This document shows positions 9,704 to 18,842 of a DNA stretch of 64,000 bases, piece after piece; position 1 is the first letter of the stretch, and every line of letters begins with the position of its first letter. Source of the stretch: a virus. The notes beneath the pieces are model-generated. The model was not told where the DNA came from, did not search any database, and saw only the letters and a program-made list of their open reading frames with translations. The stretch is taken from positions 2,699-66,698 of the IMG/VR virus record IMGVR_UViG_3300017991_005544; one strand, written 5' to 3'. The position numbers and the translations under genes were made by a program.

Positions 9704-10890
9704 GATGTCCTGTCTGCCTGAATGATGTCCACGAGATCCTGTTGAGGCTCAAGTGCGGTAACCTGGATGGCTCGAGTCTTTATGATCCCGCCATGGTGGT
9801 GGGGTGCGCCAGGTGTGGTCACGTTTTCAACCTGCTGGCTCCTGATCAGGTCGCTGGCCTGGCCCGGTACTACGAGGATGAGTATTCCCTCAACAATGTG
9901 TATTCCCCCAACAAGACGGGAGATCTTCCCGGCAGCATGAACCGAAATTCTTGCACCAGGTACGAGAATCTCTTCGGATTCATCAAACAGTACCTCGGTA
10001 AGGACGACAGGATCCTGGATGTCGGGTGTGCGACCGGGGGGTTCCTTGAATTTCTCAGCCTGAATGGATTCTGGAAGCTCCACGGGATAGAGCCATGTCC
10101 TCATTATGTCCAGATTGCAGGCAAGAATTCGTTACTGAGCATTCAGGTCGGGGTGGCCGAAGATATCAAGTACAGCGACAACGTGTTTGATTTCGTCGTG
10201 GCGGATCAGGTGTATGAGCACCTGGTGGATCCTGCTCTGGCATTTGCCGAGGCCGCTCGTGTCATCAAACCTGACGGGTATCTTTGCCTGAGTGTGCCGA
10301 ACGCTTCCCTCTATGATGACCACATCTTCGATTTCTACTGGTTTCTCATGAGGGAGCATGTCCAGCATTTTGACCTGCCACACCTGTCGGCCATGGCGAT
10401 CAAACATGGGTTCAGGCTCCTGGATGCCAGGACCACGTTTTCGAACATGACGAGCGAAAGCACGACCCTCCCGGCCCTGACGGCAGTCTTCCAGAAAAAG
10501 AATCCGTTGCTCGGGTCGGTCGAACTGCACACCGGCCTGGTCGACAGAACCAAGGCCTACGTTGGGTTCTGCTACAAAGCCCTCGATCTGAGGCGTTGGC
10601 TCATCCGGGATCTTGCCGTACGGCAGACTCCCGTGTATGTGTACGGGATCTCGAGAGAGTTTTTCTACATGTGGGAGAACACGAGCCTGAGGGAGTGCAA
10701 TGTCCTGGGCCTTGTTGACGATACTGTCAGCAAGCAGCTATACTTTACGCATGACGGCAAGAAGATCCAGAGCAGCAAGGTCCTGAGGAATTCGAAAGAT
10801 TCCGTCATCATCACGGCCACGGCACACATCAGGACCATCCGAGATCGGCTGAGGTCACTGAACCACAAGGGGAAAATCATTGAAATCTAG
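9700..10890 (+). CDS. Class I SAM methyltransferase (sugar C-methyltransferase-like)
   Basis: N-terminal CxxC, ILDVGCATGG, VYEHL, SVPN. Confidence 0.85.
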   Translation: MRCPVCLNDVHEILLRLKCGNLDGSSLYDPAMVVGCARCGHVFNLLAPDQVAGLARYYEDEYSLNNVYSPNKTGDLPGSMNRNSCTRYENLFGFIKQYLGKDDRILDVGCATGGFLEFLSLNGFWKLHGIEPCPHYVQIAGKNSLLSIQVGVAEDIKYSDNVFDFVVADQVYEHLVDPALAFAEAARVIKPDGYLCLSVPNASLYDDHIFDFYWFLMREHVQHFDLPHLSAMAIKHGFRLLDARTTFSNMTSESTTLPALTAVFQKKNPLLGSVELHTGLVDRTKAYVGFCYKALDLRRWLIRDLAVRQTPVYVYGISREFFYMWENTSLRECNVLGLVDDTVSKQLYFTHDGKKIQSSKVLRNSKDSVIITATAHIRTIRDRLRSLNHKGKIIEI

Positions 10891-12166
10891 GCTCAAGATC
10901 ACTCACTTGACAGTACATATGGGCGGAGGCATCGGTTCTGTGCTGTTCAACTGGATCAAATCAGATCATCAGAATGATCATGAAGTCCTGTGCCTGAGCT
11001 ACAACTACTACAACCACTTCGATCCGTCCATCGTGAAAGAGAACATGAGGACCCGGTATCTTGAAGTCGCAGAGAGAGTGGTCAAGTCGGATGTCGTGGT
11101 GGTTCACTTCTGGAATCATCCCTATCTGTTCGAGTGGTTCGTCAAGGCCGATATCCCGGATTGCCGGATGTGCATCTGGTCTCATGTGTCAGGGCTCAGT
11201 GCGCCCTACGTGTTTTCCGAGAAGCTGGTCGATTTTTCTGATGCCTTCCTGTTTGCCTCCCCCATCAGTTTCAAGACCCCGGAGATCAAGGCATTGCCCA
11301 AGAGGCTGATGAACAAGACAAACTACATCTGGACCACCGGCGACATCAATGAATACATGTCGATCAAGCCGGTCCCACACGATGGGTTCAACATCGGGTT
11401 TGTCGGGACCCTTGACTACTCGAAGCTCCACCCCAACTTCATCGACATGTGCAGCCGGATCAGGATCCCGGATGTCAAGTTCATCATGATTGGCGGCGGG
11501 TGCGATGCCGAGAGAATGAAGCAAGAGGTTGAGGCCAGGGGGCTCGACTCGAAGTTCTTTTTCGTCGGGGTCATCGAGGACATCAAACCCTATCTCGCCA
11601 TCATCGATATCTTCGGTTATCCCCTGAACCCTGATCATTTCGGGACCTGTGAGCAGGTCCTGGGCGAAGCCATTGCGGCTGGTGTGATCCCGATCGTGAT
11701 GAAGAACCCGGCAGAGGAGTACATCCTGTTCAGGATGCTGTCTGATTTCGTGTGCCGTGACGAAACCGAATACGTCAGGAGCATTGAACGCTTCTACCGT
11801 GAACGGGAACAGTACTCTGACTTCATCGATTCCATGAGGCACGAAATCGCCAGGCTTTACGATTCTGACAAAATGGTTAACGATTGGTGTACGGTTTTTG
11901 AGACAGTTATGAGACATCCCAAGAGAAAGCGAGTCTGGACCATCTCGGATGAACGGGCCAGACTAGGCGGCTACGGCATCTTCCTCGAGTCATTGGGGCC
12001 GTACGGCAGAATCTTTGAACACGGTAGCGAGGAAGAAATCAGACGACTGCTTGATTCAAACCTTCAGTGGAAATCGCTCAGCAAGGGGAGCCCCATCCAA
12101 TACCTCGAAGCCTTCCCGTACGACCCGAGGCTCCAGAGGCTGGTCGATCTAGTGAGGAAACCATGA
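10880..12166 (+). CDS. Glycosyltransferase family 4 (GT-B)
   Basis: HMGGGIG, IGFVGTL, EQVLGEAIAAG. Confidence 0.85.
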   Translation: MKSRLKITHLTVHMGGGIGSVLFNWIKSDHQNDHEVLCLSYNYYNHFDPSIVKENMRTRYLEVAERVVKSDVVVVHFWNHPYLFEWFVKADIPDCRMCIWSHVSGLSAPYVFSEKLVDFSDAFLFASPISFKTPEIKALPKRLMNKTNYIWTTGDINEYMSIKPVPHDGFNIGFVGTLDYSKLHPNFIDMCSRIRIPDVKFIMIGGGCDAERMKQEVEARGLDSKFFFVGVIEDIKPYLAIIDIFGYPLNPDHFGTCEQVLGEAIAAGVIPIVMKNPAEEYILFRMLSDFVCRDETEYVRSIERFYREREQYSDFIDSMRHEIARLYDSDKMVNDWCTVFETVMRHPKRKRVWTISDERARLGGYGIFLESLGPYGRIFEHGSEEEIRRLLDSNLQWKSLSKGSPIQYLEAFPYDPRLQRLVDLVRKP

Positions 12167-13248
12167 AGACGGTTCTTTACATATGTGGGGCCGGTCGAGG
12201 CCGGTACGAAGACGATGTGGCGTACATGAGGCTGATGGAGTTCATCTTTGAGAACTATCGTGGCGATATCAAGGTGAAGCTCCTGAGCGTAAATGGTGAC
12301 AAGAAGATCACGGAGTTTGCGAATCTGTACGACTTCTATCTGATTGGTGGCGGAACCTGCATAACCAATAGGTTCCAACCTTATGCCGACCAGATAGCCG
12401 TCTCGTTGAGTGAGTTCGATCTCCGGTACGGATTTTTCGGCGTGAGCACATACCTCGACCCATTCCCCGGCCCCCAGAGGACAAACCTCAGGAGAGAGAA
12501 GAACGCTCTCCTACGGGCTGAATTCTTTTCCGTCCGGGATTCAGCATCCGTCAGGTTCCTGAACGCCTGGCTTGGCACCAGCGAGGGACCTGAGCTTGAC
12601 ATCGGGGTTTGTCACGACCCTGGCCTGACCGTGAAGCCCAGGGATGTGCATAACATCGGTCTTGATTGTACCGACTGGCACGAACGGGTCATCGGGATCA
12701 ATCTCCAGTACGGTCAGGACGACTCATTCGGAACCATTCGGATCGACCGGAAACAGTATCTCCGCCGGTTCACCGACTTCATCCAGAAGTTCAGATCGTC
12801 CTACACGTTTCTTCACGTCCCGTTCAACGACACCGACACCTATCACGATCGGGAACTCGAGAACCATGGGGTCATCTGCCTGCCCTACATGACCCCCGAC
12901 TATACCGCCGGGTTCGTGAGCCTCTGTGATTATTTCGTGGGGACTCGACTTCACGCAGACGTAACGGCCACTGCACTCGAGGTCCCGTTCATCCCGCTCT
13001 GCGGATCCGAAGCCAACTACCAGTTCCTCGAACACATCGGATTCAGCCACAGGGACATCGTTATGCCAGATGATGTAAGCAACGGGATCGTGTTCCTGGA
13101 GGATGAATTCATCAAGCTCCAGAACAACCAAAATAGGTTGTCCCTGGCAGGACAACTGAAAAAGGTTGTCCAGGGGGCCCGGCAGGACTACAGGTCCGAA
13201 GCCCACAGGTTGTGCCGGTGCATCCTGGAGCAAGACCTTGACATCTAG
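12163..13248 (+). CDS. Polysaccharide pyruvyl transferase family protein
   Basis: IGGGT, FSVRDSAS, DPG, GTRLHA, VPFI motifs. Confidence 0.85.
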   Translation: MKTVLYICGAGRGRYEDDVAYMRLMEFIFENYRGDIKVKLLSVNGDKKITEFANLYDFYLIGGGTCITNRFQPYADQIAVSLSEFDLRYGFFGVSTYLDPFPGPQRTNLRREKNALLRAEFFSVRDSASVRFLNAWLGTSEGPELDIGVCHDPGLTVKPRDVHNIGLDCTDWHERVIGINLQYGQDDSFGTIRIDRKQYLRRFTDFIQKFRSSYTFLHVPFNDTDTYHDRELENHGVICLPYMTPDYTAGFVSLCDYFVGTRLHADVTATALEVPFIPLCGSEANYQFLEHIGFSHRDIVMPDDVSNGIVFLEDEFIKLQNNQNRLSLAGQLKKVVQGARQDYRSEAHRLCRCILEQDLDI

Positions 13249-13328
13249 AGGCCATCACGGGTAAAATGGGCCATCTATTTTTTTTGGGACTCCCAAACCA
13301 ACAGAAGAAGTAAAAAGGAGGAAGCGTC

Positions 13329-13799
13329 ATGACGAACAGAAAGGTGCTGGTGTTGATGATTGTCCTGTTGATGGGGGCACTCGTGACCGGGTGCTCGAGT
13401 TTCGTGAAGAACACGTACTCGACCATCGATACCGTCAGGATCTCGGTCGATACAGCCATGAAGGTGTCGGCAGATCTTTACGACCGGGGAATCATCGGAG
13501 ACGAAGAGAAGGGCAAGATCCTGGAGATCCATGCCAAGTACAAGGCGATCCACATGTCTACTTGCGAATTCCTCAAGATGTACAAGAACCTCTCGGATAA
13601 AGAACAACAGGAGGGGATCAAACTGAAGATTGAGGATGCTGTCCAGGCCCTGCTGGCCCTGTCGATCGAATTGACCGATATTGTCTCAGACTACCTGAGC
13701 CGTGATGCGACCGGATTACTGATCGAGGAGTATGGTGGCCGTCTGGCCCGTGAGTTTGCACGGAACCAGGCCTTCGCCGAACGGATGCTTTTGATGTAA
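13329..13799 (+). CDS. Lipoprotein
   Basis: Signal peptide with lipobox VTGC. Confidence 0.7.
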   Translation: MTNRKVLVLMIVLLMGALVTGCSSFVKNTYSTIDTVRISVDTAMKVSADLYDRGIIGDEEKGKILEIHAKYKAIHMSTCEFLKMYKNLSDKEQQEGIKLKIEDAVQALLALSIELTDIVSDYLSRDATGLLIEEYGGRLAREFARNQAFAERMLLM

Positions 13800-13893
13800 A
13801 TCACCGGGGGTGGGGAACAGTCATGAAATTCAAGACACCCAACTGAAGCAAGCGCCCCGTCCCCGGATCATTTCAACCACAAGGAGAACGCCA

Positions 13894-14079
13894 ATGGATG
13901 AAAAACTCAAATTCGCATCGGTCATTCTCGAACTTCTCAACGAGTATGGACTTCCTGCGGTCCTGTCGATCATCAAGGCCTGGGAGATCGAGGATCCGAC
14001 CCTCGAGGACATCGAGGCCCTTCGAGATGCCGTCCCGGATGGCGAGAGCTACTTCCCGGACAGCCCCGAGGACGACTAA
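13894..14079 (+). CDS. Small acidic hypothetical protein
   Basis: AAGGAG RBS. Confidence 0.55.
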   Translation: MDEKLKFASVILELLNEYGLPAVLSIIKAWEIEDPTLEDIEALRDAVPDGESYFPDSPEDD

Positions 14080-14112
14080 GAGTACATTTTTGTAACAGAA
14101 TGCCCTGAAATC

Positions 14113-14160
14113 AAGAAAAGCCCCTCAGAGCCACGACAATCGATTCTGAGGGGCCTTCTC
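14113..14160. terminator. Hairpin between convergent transcription units
   Basis: GCCCCTCAGA/TCTGAGGGGC 10-bp stem with A-rich and pyrimidine-rich flanks. Confidence 0.6.
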
Positions 14161-14307
14161 TATTTATGGCTACCCGACATCATGTGATGTGGACTTTTCA
14201 TCAAATCGGGGCGGTCTCGTGAGCCAGCCCAGGCCGGTCAGTACTGATCATCCCGGAAGAAGCGGTGCCAGGTGCCACACCGGGGGCAGGCCCAGAAGAG
14301 TGATCCA

Positions 14308-14538
14308 TTATGGAACACTGGTCGGCAGGCTACCTTGCAGCCTGGGCAGGTCCTGGGGTCCCCTTTGATGGAGTTCTCGGTAGGCTTTCTTGAGGGCCTG
14401 GTATCGGCCTCGGGCACAGTCGTAGGCCAGGAGCTTCGTCCCGGCTTTCGTGAAGTAGTAGATCCTGTCTTTTTGGTAGGCATTACTTGCCTCCCGCCGG
14501 GCGATCCGGCGGAGTCGTTTCGCCACTTTTCCCCTCAT
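14308..14538 (-). CDS. Small basic phage protein
   Basis: MRGKVAKRLRR..., GGAGGAG RBS. Confidence 0.5.
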   Translation of the reverse strand: MRGKVAKRLRRIARREASNAYQKDRIYYFTKAGTKLLAYDCARGRYQALKKAYRELHQRGPQDLPRLQGSLPTSVP

Positions 14539-14967
14539 TGGTCTTCTCCTCCATGCATTTTTTGCAGATGTCGTACCGGATGGCCTTGTCCTTGGCCCTG
14601 CACCGGCATCCTCCCATGTGGACCCCGCAGATCCGGCACTCGATACGGTAGTGTTCACTCATCTTTTCCCTCCATGAATTCCGTGATCGGTACGGCTCGT
14701 TTCTTTGGTTTCTTCACCTTGGCCGGTTCTTCTGGAGGCCCGTGGCTGATTTCACCTCCGTAGATGGTGTGCCACCTTCCATTGACGTTGATCCTGAATT
14801 TACCGTCGATCTTCTGGATATCCCCCTCGTAGGTCACCGGGGGGGTTGCCACTGGAGCGGCTTTCTTCGGGACGGGGGTGTCGGTTGAGTTATCCCCGGA
14901 TGCTCCGAAGAACCGTCCCATCCTTTTGGCTACCGGATACCACGGGTCATATAACCTCAAGAATCGG

Positions 14968-15447
14968 TCAAGCTCCTGTCCCATCCTGGTTCCTCTTTGC
15001 CAGTCTTTTCCTGAGCTTGGCTGTCTCTGACTTGTGACACGGCACACACAGGGTCCTGTAGTTCTCGAGGCCGCAGTGGCCCCCGCCCTCCGATACAGGT
15101 ATGATGTGGTCGGCCTCCCACCACTCCCTCCAGACATCCGGGAATCCCCTGTCCATCATTTCGGCCAGGAATTCACCACGCTCCCGTATGGCCCGTTTCT
15201 TCAGGATCTTGGTGTCGACCCCGCAGATTGCACAGACCCCCTTGTCTCGTTGGCCTACCCGGTATGCCGCATGTGATGGATTGCACCTGATCGAGGCCTC
15301 ATCCACACATTCGTCACTGCACCAGGTGCGCCTGCCCTTCGGGACCTGCTGGCCGCAGTACCGGCAATACCGTTCCCCGTTGGGCCCCCTGGGCCTGTAG
15401 GGGTAGGCATCATACATCGAGACCGATCGTTTGTGCCGGTTACCCAC
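14968..15447 (-). CDS. HNH endonuclease
   Basis: CAICG...WEADHIIPVSEGGG...NYRTLCVPCH. Confidence 0.85.
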   Translation of the reverse strand: MGNRHKRSVSMYDAYPYRPRGPNGERYCRYCGQQVPKGRRTWCSDECVDEASIRCNPSHAAYRVGQRDKGVCAICGVDTKILKKRAIRERGEFLAEMMDRGFPDVWREWWEADHIIPVSEGGGHCGLENYRTLCVPCHKSETAKLRKRLAKRNQDGTGA

Positions 15448-16111
15448 GTTGCAACACCCCCTTGATGCCTCCTGAGGGGCATTCCGGGCACATCATGAGG
15501 CCGGACGGCACGGGTCCATCATGTTCGAATTCAGCCCCGCACTTGGGGCACCAGAGACGTGTCGTGGTCTTGACGGGAGGGACCAGCTTGCAGATCTCTT
15601 CGTAGTCGGCCCGGTCAGCACACTCACAGATCCCGACGGCATGATCACAACCTCCCGTGACCTCGAAGCACCGCTCGTAAAAATCCCTTGCCTTCTCCAG
15701 GGCCTTCTCGAGCGCAATGGCGATCTGGCCGGTCCAGTCGAGGCAGGTCTTGGTCTCTTCGAGTTCTGCTTCTGCCTTCCTCAAGGACTCGATCGTCTTG
15801 AGGAGTCGTTGTCGGATCATGTCACCTTCGTGCTCGTGGATGGTCCGGCCCTCCCCCTTCACGACCTTGACCTGTCGGTAGATCTCGTCTCCTCTCTCGA
15901 GGTCGCATCCGGCGTTGATGTCACCGAGAGTCCTCATGACCTCACCATGGATGTCGAGCATGTTCCGAAAAGTATCGAGCATCCTGATGGCCTTGTCACG
16001 ATCCACGGTGGGCCAGGCCCGGTGGGCGCAATCGAAAAGGAATTGCTCGATTTCGCTGTCGATGACATCTCGTTCGGCCTGCATCTTGGCCTGATACTCC
16101 TGGTCAGTCAT
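15440..16111 (-). CDS. Hypothetical protein with C-terminal Zn ribbon
   Basis: Coupled ORF; CPKC...CPEC. Confidence 0.5.
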   Translation of the reverse strand: MTDQEYQAKMQAERDVIDSEIEQFLFDCAHRAWPTVDRDKAIRMLDTFRNMLDIHGEVMRTLGDINAGCDLERGDEIYRQVKVVKGEGRTIHEHEGDMIRQRLLKTIESLRKAEAELEETKTCLDWTGQIAIALEKALEKARDFYERCFEVTGGCDHAVGICECADRADYEEICKLVPPVKTTTRLWCPKCGAEFEHDGPVPSGLMMCPECPSGGIKGVLQRG

Positions 16112-16524
16112 GATTCTGCTCCCATGAAATCAATGATATTGATGGTTTTTCGTTCTCCGGCTGGATGCTTTCTGTGCGTGACTCTCTTGAGGGTACAGAT
16201 GAATTCCTGGAATTCAACCAGACTCCCGTCAAGGAGAAGCTTGTGGCATCTTTCATATTCTTCTTGTGTCGTGAGTCTTCTGCCGTCGTTGAATGCTTTC
16301 CCTGCTTCGTGCTCTTTCAAGATGTTTTCAATGCACACGTTTAGGTGTACATCGAAAACATCACGAAGGGAAACTCGCATCGACCCAAAATCGTGGTATG
16401 GGATTTCCATCTTTTCGACACGATCGTATGCTTTGGCAAGAATATCGGAAGTTTCTTTTGTGTCCTGCTGATCAAGCATCTTGACGTAGTTCGGGATCTT
16501 CCGACCTCTCCACGTTATGCTCAT
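16108..16524 (-). CDS. Hypothetical protein
   Basis: RBS and ATGA overlap. Confidence 0.5.
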   Translation of the reverse strand: MSITWRGRKIPNYVKMLDQQDTKETSDILAKAYDRVEKMEIPYHDFGSMRVSLRDVFDVHLNVCIENILKEHEAGKAFNDGRRLTTQEEYERCHKLLLDGSLVEFQEFICTLKRVTHRKHPAGERKTINIIDFMGAES

Positions 16525-16560
16525 CGAGCATCTCCTGGGGGGCTTTCGCCCCCCCTTTCT

Positions 16561-16929
16561 TTACTGGTTGAACGTCATGCATCCTGTAGGCGGATCGGGC
16601 GGAGTATGATCAAATGTGGCTTCTGCCTCGTTTGAGCGGCCACTCTCGTTTCCTGCGTGATCATATGCGGTGGCTGACCAATAGAATGTTCCATCCGGGT
16701 GGTCTGGATCGAACATCCACCGATTTGTACCGGCAGGAATCGAAACGGCAAACGTGAGGCCCTCGTAGTTCCCTGGTGTGGTGGTCTCGTAGATGTAGTA
16801 GCCTGCCAGGTCAGGCTCTGTGTTGTGATCCCACGTGAGACCGTCGGGGTTGTAGATTTCACCACCCTGCCCCATCACCAACGGAGACATGAGCAGTACC
16901 GCCACCATCGCCATCATGATCTTTTTCAT
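16561..16929 (-). CDS. Secreted fibronectin type III-like protein
   Basis: Signal peptide; LTWD...DLAGYYIY...ATAYDHAGNES. Confidence 0.75.
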   Translation of the reverse strand: MKKIMMAMVAVLLMSPLVMGQGGEIYNPDGLTWDHNTEPDLAGYYIYETTTPGNYEGLTFAVSIPAGTNRWMFDPDHPDGTFYWSATAYDHAGNESGRSNEAEATFDHTPPDPPTGCMTFNQ

Positions 16930-16960
16930 TCTGCTTTCTCCCATTGTCTTTGTGGGTTAA

Positions 16961-17186
16961 CTACAGTTTCTCGACATCGATCGTGACCGTTACTCTGACC
17001 CGGTCAAGATCTGTCTGGCCGAATTCGTGTTCGGCATCCTTCTTTTTCTTGATGATCGCTTTCTTGAGACCAGCACGAAGCTTCTTGGGATCAAGGCCGC
17101 ATTCCTCGAGAGTGGATGCCTCTTTTTCGCCTGCCGGTACATACCCGGTCTCACTGATTCTCTTCATTTTCTTCCTCCTGTTCATG
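16961..17186 (-). CDS. Hypothetical protein
   Basis: Small ORF in operon; start uncertain. Confidence 0.35.
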
Positions 17187-17474
17187 GTTGCTGATTTTTT
17201 CGACCACGTCGATAGCAAGTGCCGATTCTATCACTTCGGCCCATGCGTTATCAAGATCATGGTCGGTCCAGCCCTTGCAGTCAGGCAGGGTCCTGAGAAA
17301 ATTCCTGACCTTCATGCCCTCACGGAAGTGGACCGGCCACGGGAGCCTGCCGGTCTTGAAGACTGGAGATACTGTGCCGTATTTTTCCTTGTATCGCTTG
17401 AAATGAGCAATACCGTCCGGTCCCAACCACTCGACAACCGCCTTCATGATTTCTCTTGTGATTTTCTGGCCCAT
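17151..17474 (-). CDS. Hypothetical protein
   Basis: AGGAGG RBS. Confidence 0.55.
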   Translation of the reverse strand: MGQKITREIMKAVVEWLGPDGIAHFKRYKEKYGTVSPVFKTGRLPWPVHFREGMKVRNFLRTLPDCKGWTDHDLDNAWAEVIESALAIDVVEKISNHEQEEENEENQ

Positions 17475-17493
17475 GGGCTCCTCCTTTTTGGTT

Positions 17494-17820
17494 TCAGAAC
17501 GGTATATCCTGTTCGTCGTCGAGATCAGGCATGTAGTCGTCCATCTTTTCCCTTATCCTCTCCGCCACTTTGAACACGACCTTCTGGAAATCCTTCGGGA
17601 AGGTCTGCTCGGGGCTCAGGACGTAGTTGTAGATGTAGTTGTAACCGGAGGGGTCCTCCAGAATATCAGAGAGTCTGTGCCCAACCCAAGATCCGAACAA
17701 GAACAGGACATCTACAATTTTACCATCTTTCTTGATGATCTTGTATTTGCCATCGAACCTATTCTTGCTCGTCTCCTCCTTCTCCGTCTTCATCTGTTCC
17801 AACATCTTCCGTACGTCCAT
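17494..17820 (-). CDS. Hypothetical protein
   Basis: ORF ending DIPF. Confidence 0.5.
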   Translation of the reverse strand: MDVRKMLEQMKTEKEETSKNRFDGKYKIIKKDGKIVDVLFLFGSWVGHRLSDILEDPSGYNYIYNYVLSPEQTFPKDFQKVVFKVAERIREKMDDYMPDLDDEQDIPF

Positions 17821-18112
17821 GATCCTGTCCTTTCTTCATTCTGAAATTGATAAATTGCATGAGGGTCATGCCTTTCTTTTCGGCAAACAAAACATTCATC
17901 CTGAGGGTCGTGATGTTATGACCAAGGACTTCACATATCCTGCGGCACGAAAATTCACTATCAGGTTCATAGTCATCATCGAAGATCCAGGCCCTGGCAA
18001 GCTCTTTCTGCTCTTTGGCTGTTTCGGTTTTGGCTTTACTCAGATATGCCTTGATCTCGTCCTTCAAGCACCTGATGAGCAAGCTTTGGTAATTTGTGAG
18101 AAAAAGGGCCAT
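17759..18112 (-). CDS. Hypothetical protein
   Basis: ORF in operon. Confidence 0.45.
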   Translation of the reverse strand: MALFLTNYQSLLIRCLKDEIKAYLSKAKTETAKEQKELARAWIFDDDYEPDSEFSCRRICEVLGHNITTLRMNVLFAEKKGMTLMQFINFRMKKGQDHGRTEDVGTDEDGEGGDEQE

Positions 18113-18113
18113 T

Positions 18114-18842
18114 TCACCGTATCCTGTATTTTTCAGCCTCAGTGGCGAACTCGATTGCTGTCTCGCCCTTCTCGATCAAAAGGTTCACCGCAATCTTCGC
18201 TTCCTTCTGGACAAGATTGCAGTATCGATGAGGGTTTGCCTCGAATTTCTTCTGGTCATCGAACTCCGTGATGCCTGCCATCGTGTTCAGCACCTTGATG
18301 ATAGCGTCACCGATCTTGACCAGCACGACAGCGTCGGCTTCGTCTGAGGACTTGGTGTCTATCTCGTACCTTCTCAGAACCTCCTTCATGATGTGATCTT
18401 TGTCCATGGCTCCTATGAAGGACTTGATCTGGGATGGAGCCACCTTGATCAACGGGATTCCGGCCTCCCAGATCAGCATCATGATGGCTCCGTGCATTTC
18501 TCCTGCCTTCTCCCGGCCAAACTCGGATCCAAACGAGTAGTCTTCCATCATGACCAGCAAGGGCTCGGATGCGTCGAGTTCTGCTCCGACCCAAGCCTGT
18601 ACTTCCACGACCTTGGAGAATCCCTTGAGCCGGGTCACGGTCGAATGCGTTATGGTGACGGGCTTCTTGTTGTTGTCGAGGTTCATGGTCTGGAGGGCAA
18701 TGCCCGGCTTGTTTCGGCCAGGATCCAGGCCCATGATCATGCCGAGGTCTCGTTTCTTGTCAAGGGCCTTCCTGAGCCTCGAGGCATTCTTGAACAGAAG
18801 CTCGGTTCTGTCTTCTTTGAGCAATCGTTTCTTAGCCATCAT
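18114..18842 (-). CDS. ruvC: RuvC-like Holliday junction resolvase
   Basis: MGLDPG, MMED, PSQIK, DEADA catalytic motifs. Confidence 0.8.
   Translation of the reverse strand: MMAKKRLLKEDRTELLFKNASRLRKALDKKRDLGMIMGLDPGRNKPGIALQTMNLDNNKKPVTITHSTVTRLKGFSKVVEVQAWVGAELDASEPLLVMMEDYSFGSEFGREKAGEMHGAIMMLIWEAGIPLIKVAPSQIKSFIGAMDKDHIMKEVLRRYEIDTKSSDEADAVVLVKIGDAIIKVLNTMAGITEFDDQKKFEANPHRYCNLVQKEAKIAVNLLIEKGETAIEFATEAEKYRIR

Noticed and set aside
16537-16556. Intrinsic terminator after the FN3-like gene
   Set aside because: The GAAA-loop hairpin lacks a U-tract on the transcribed strand; more likely a stability or processing hairpin
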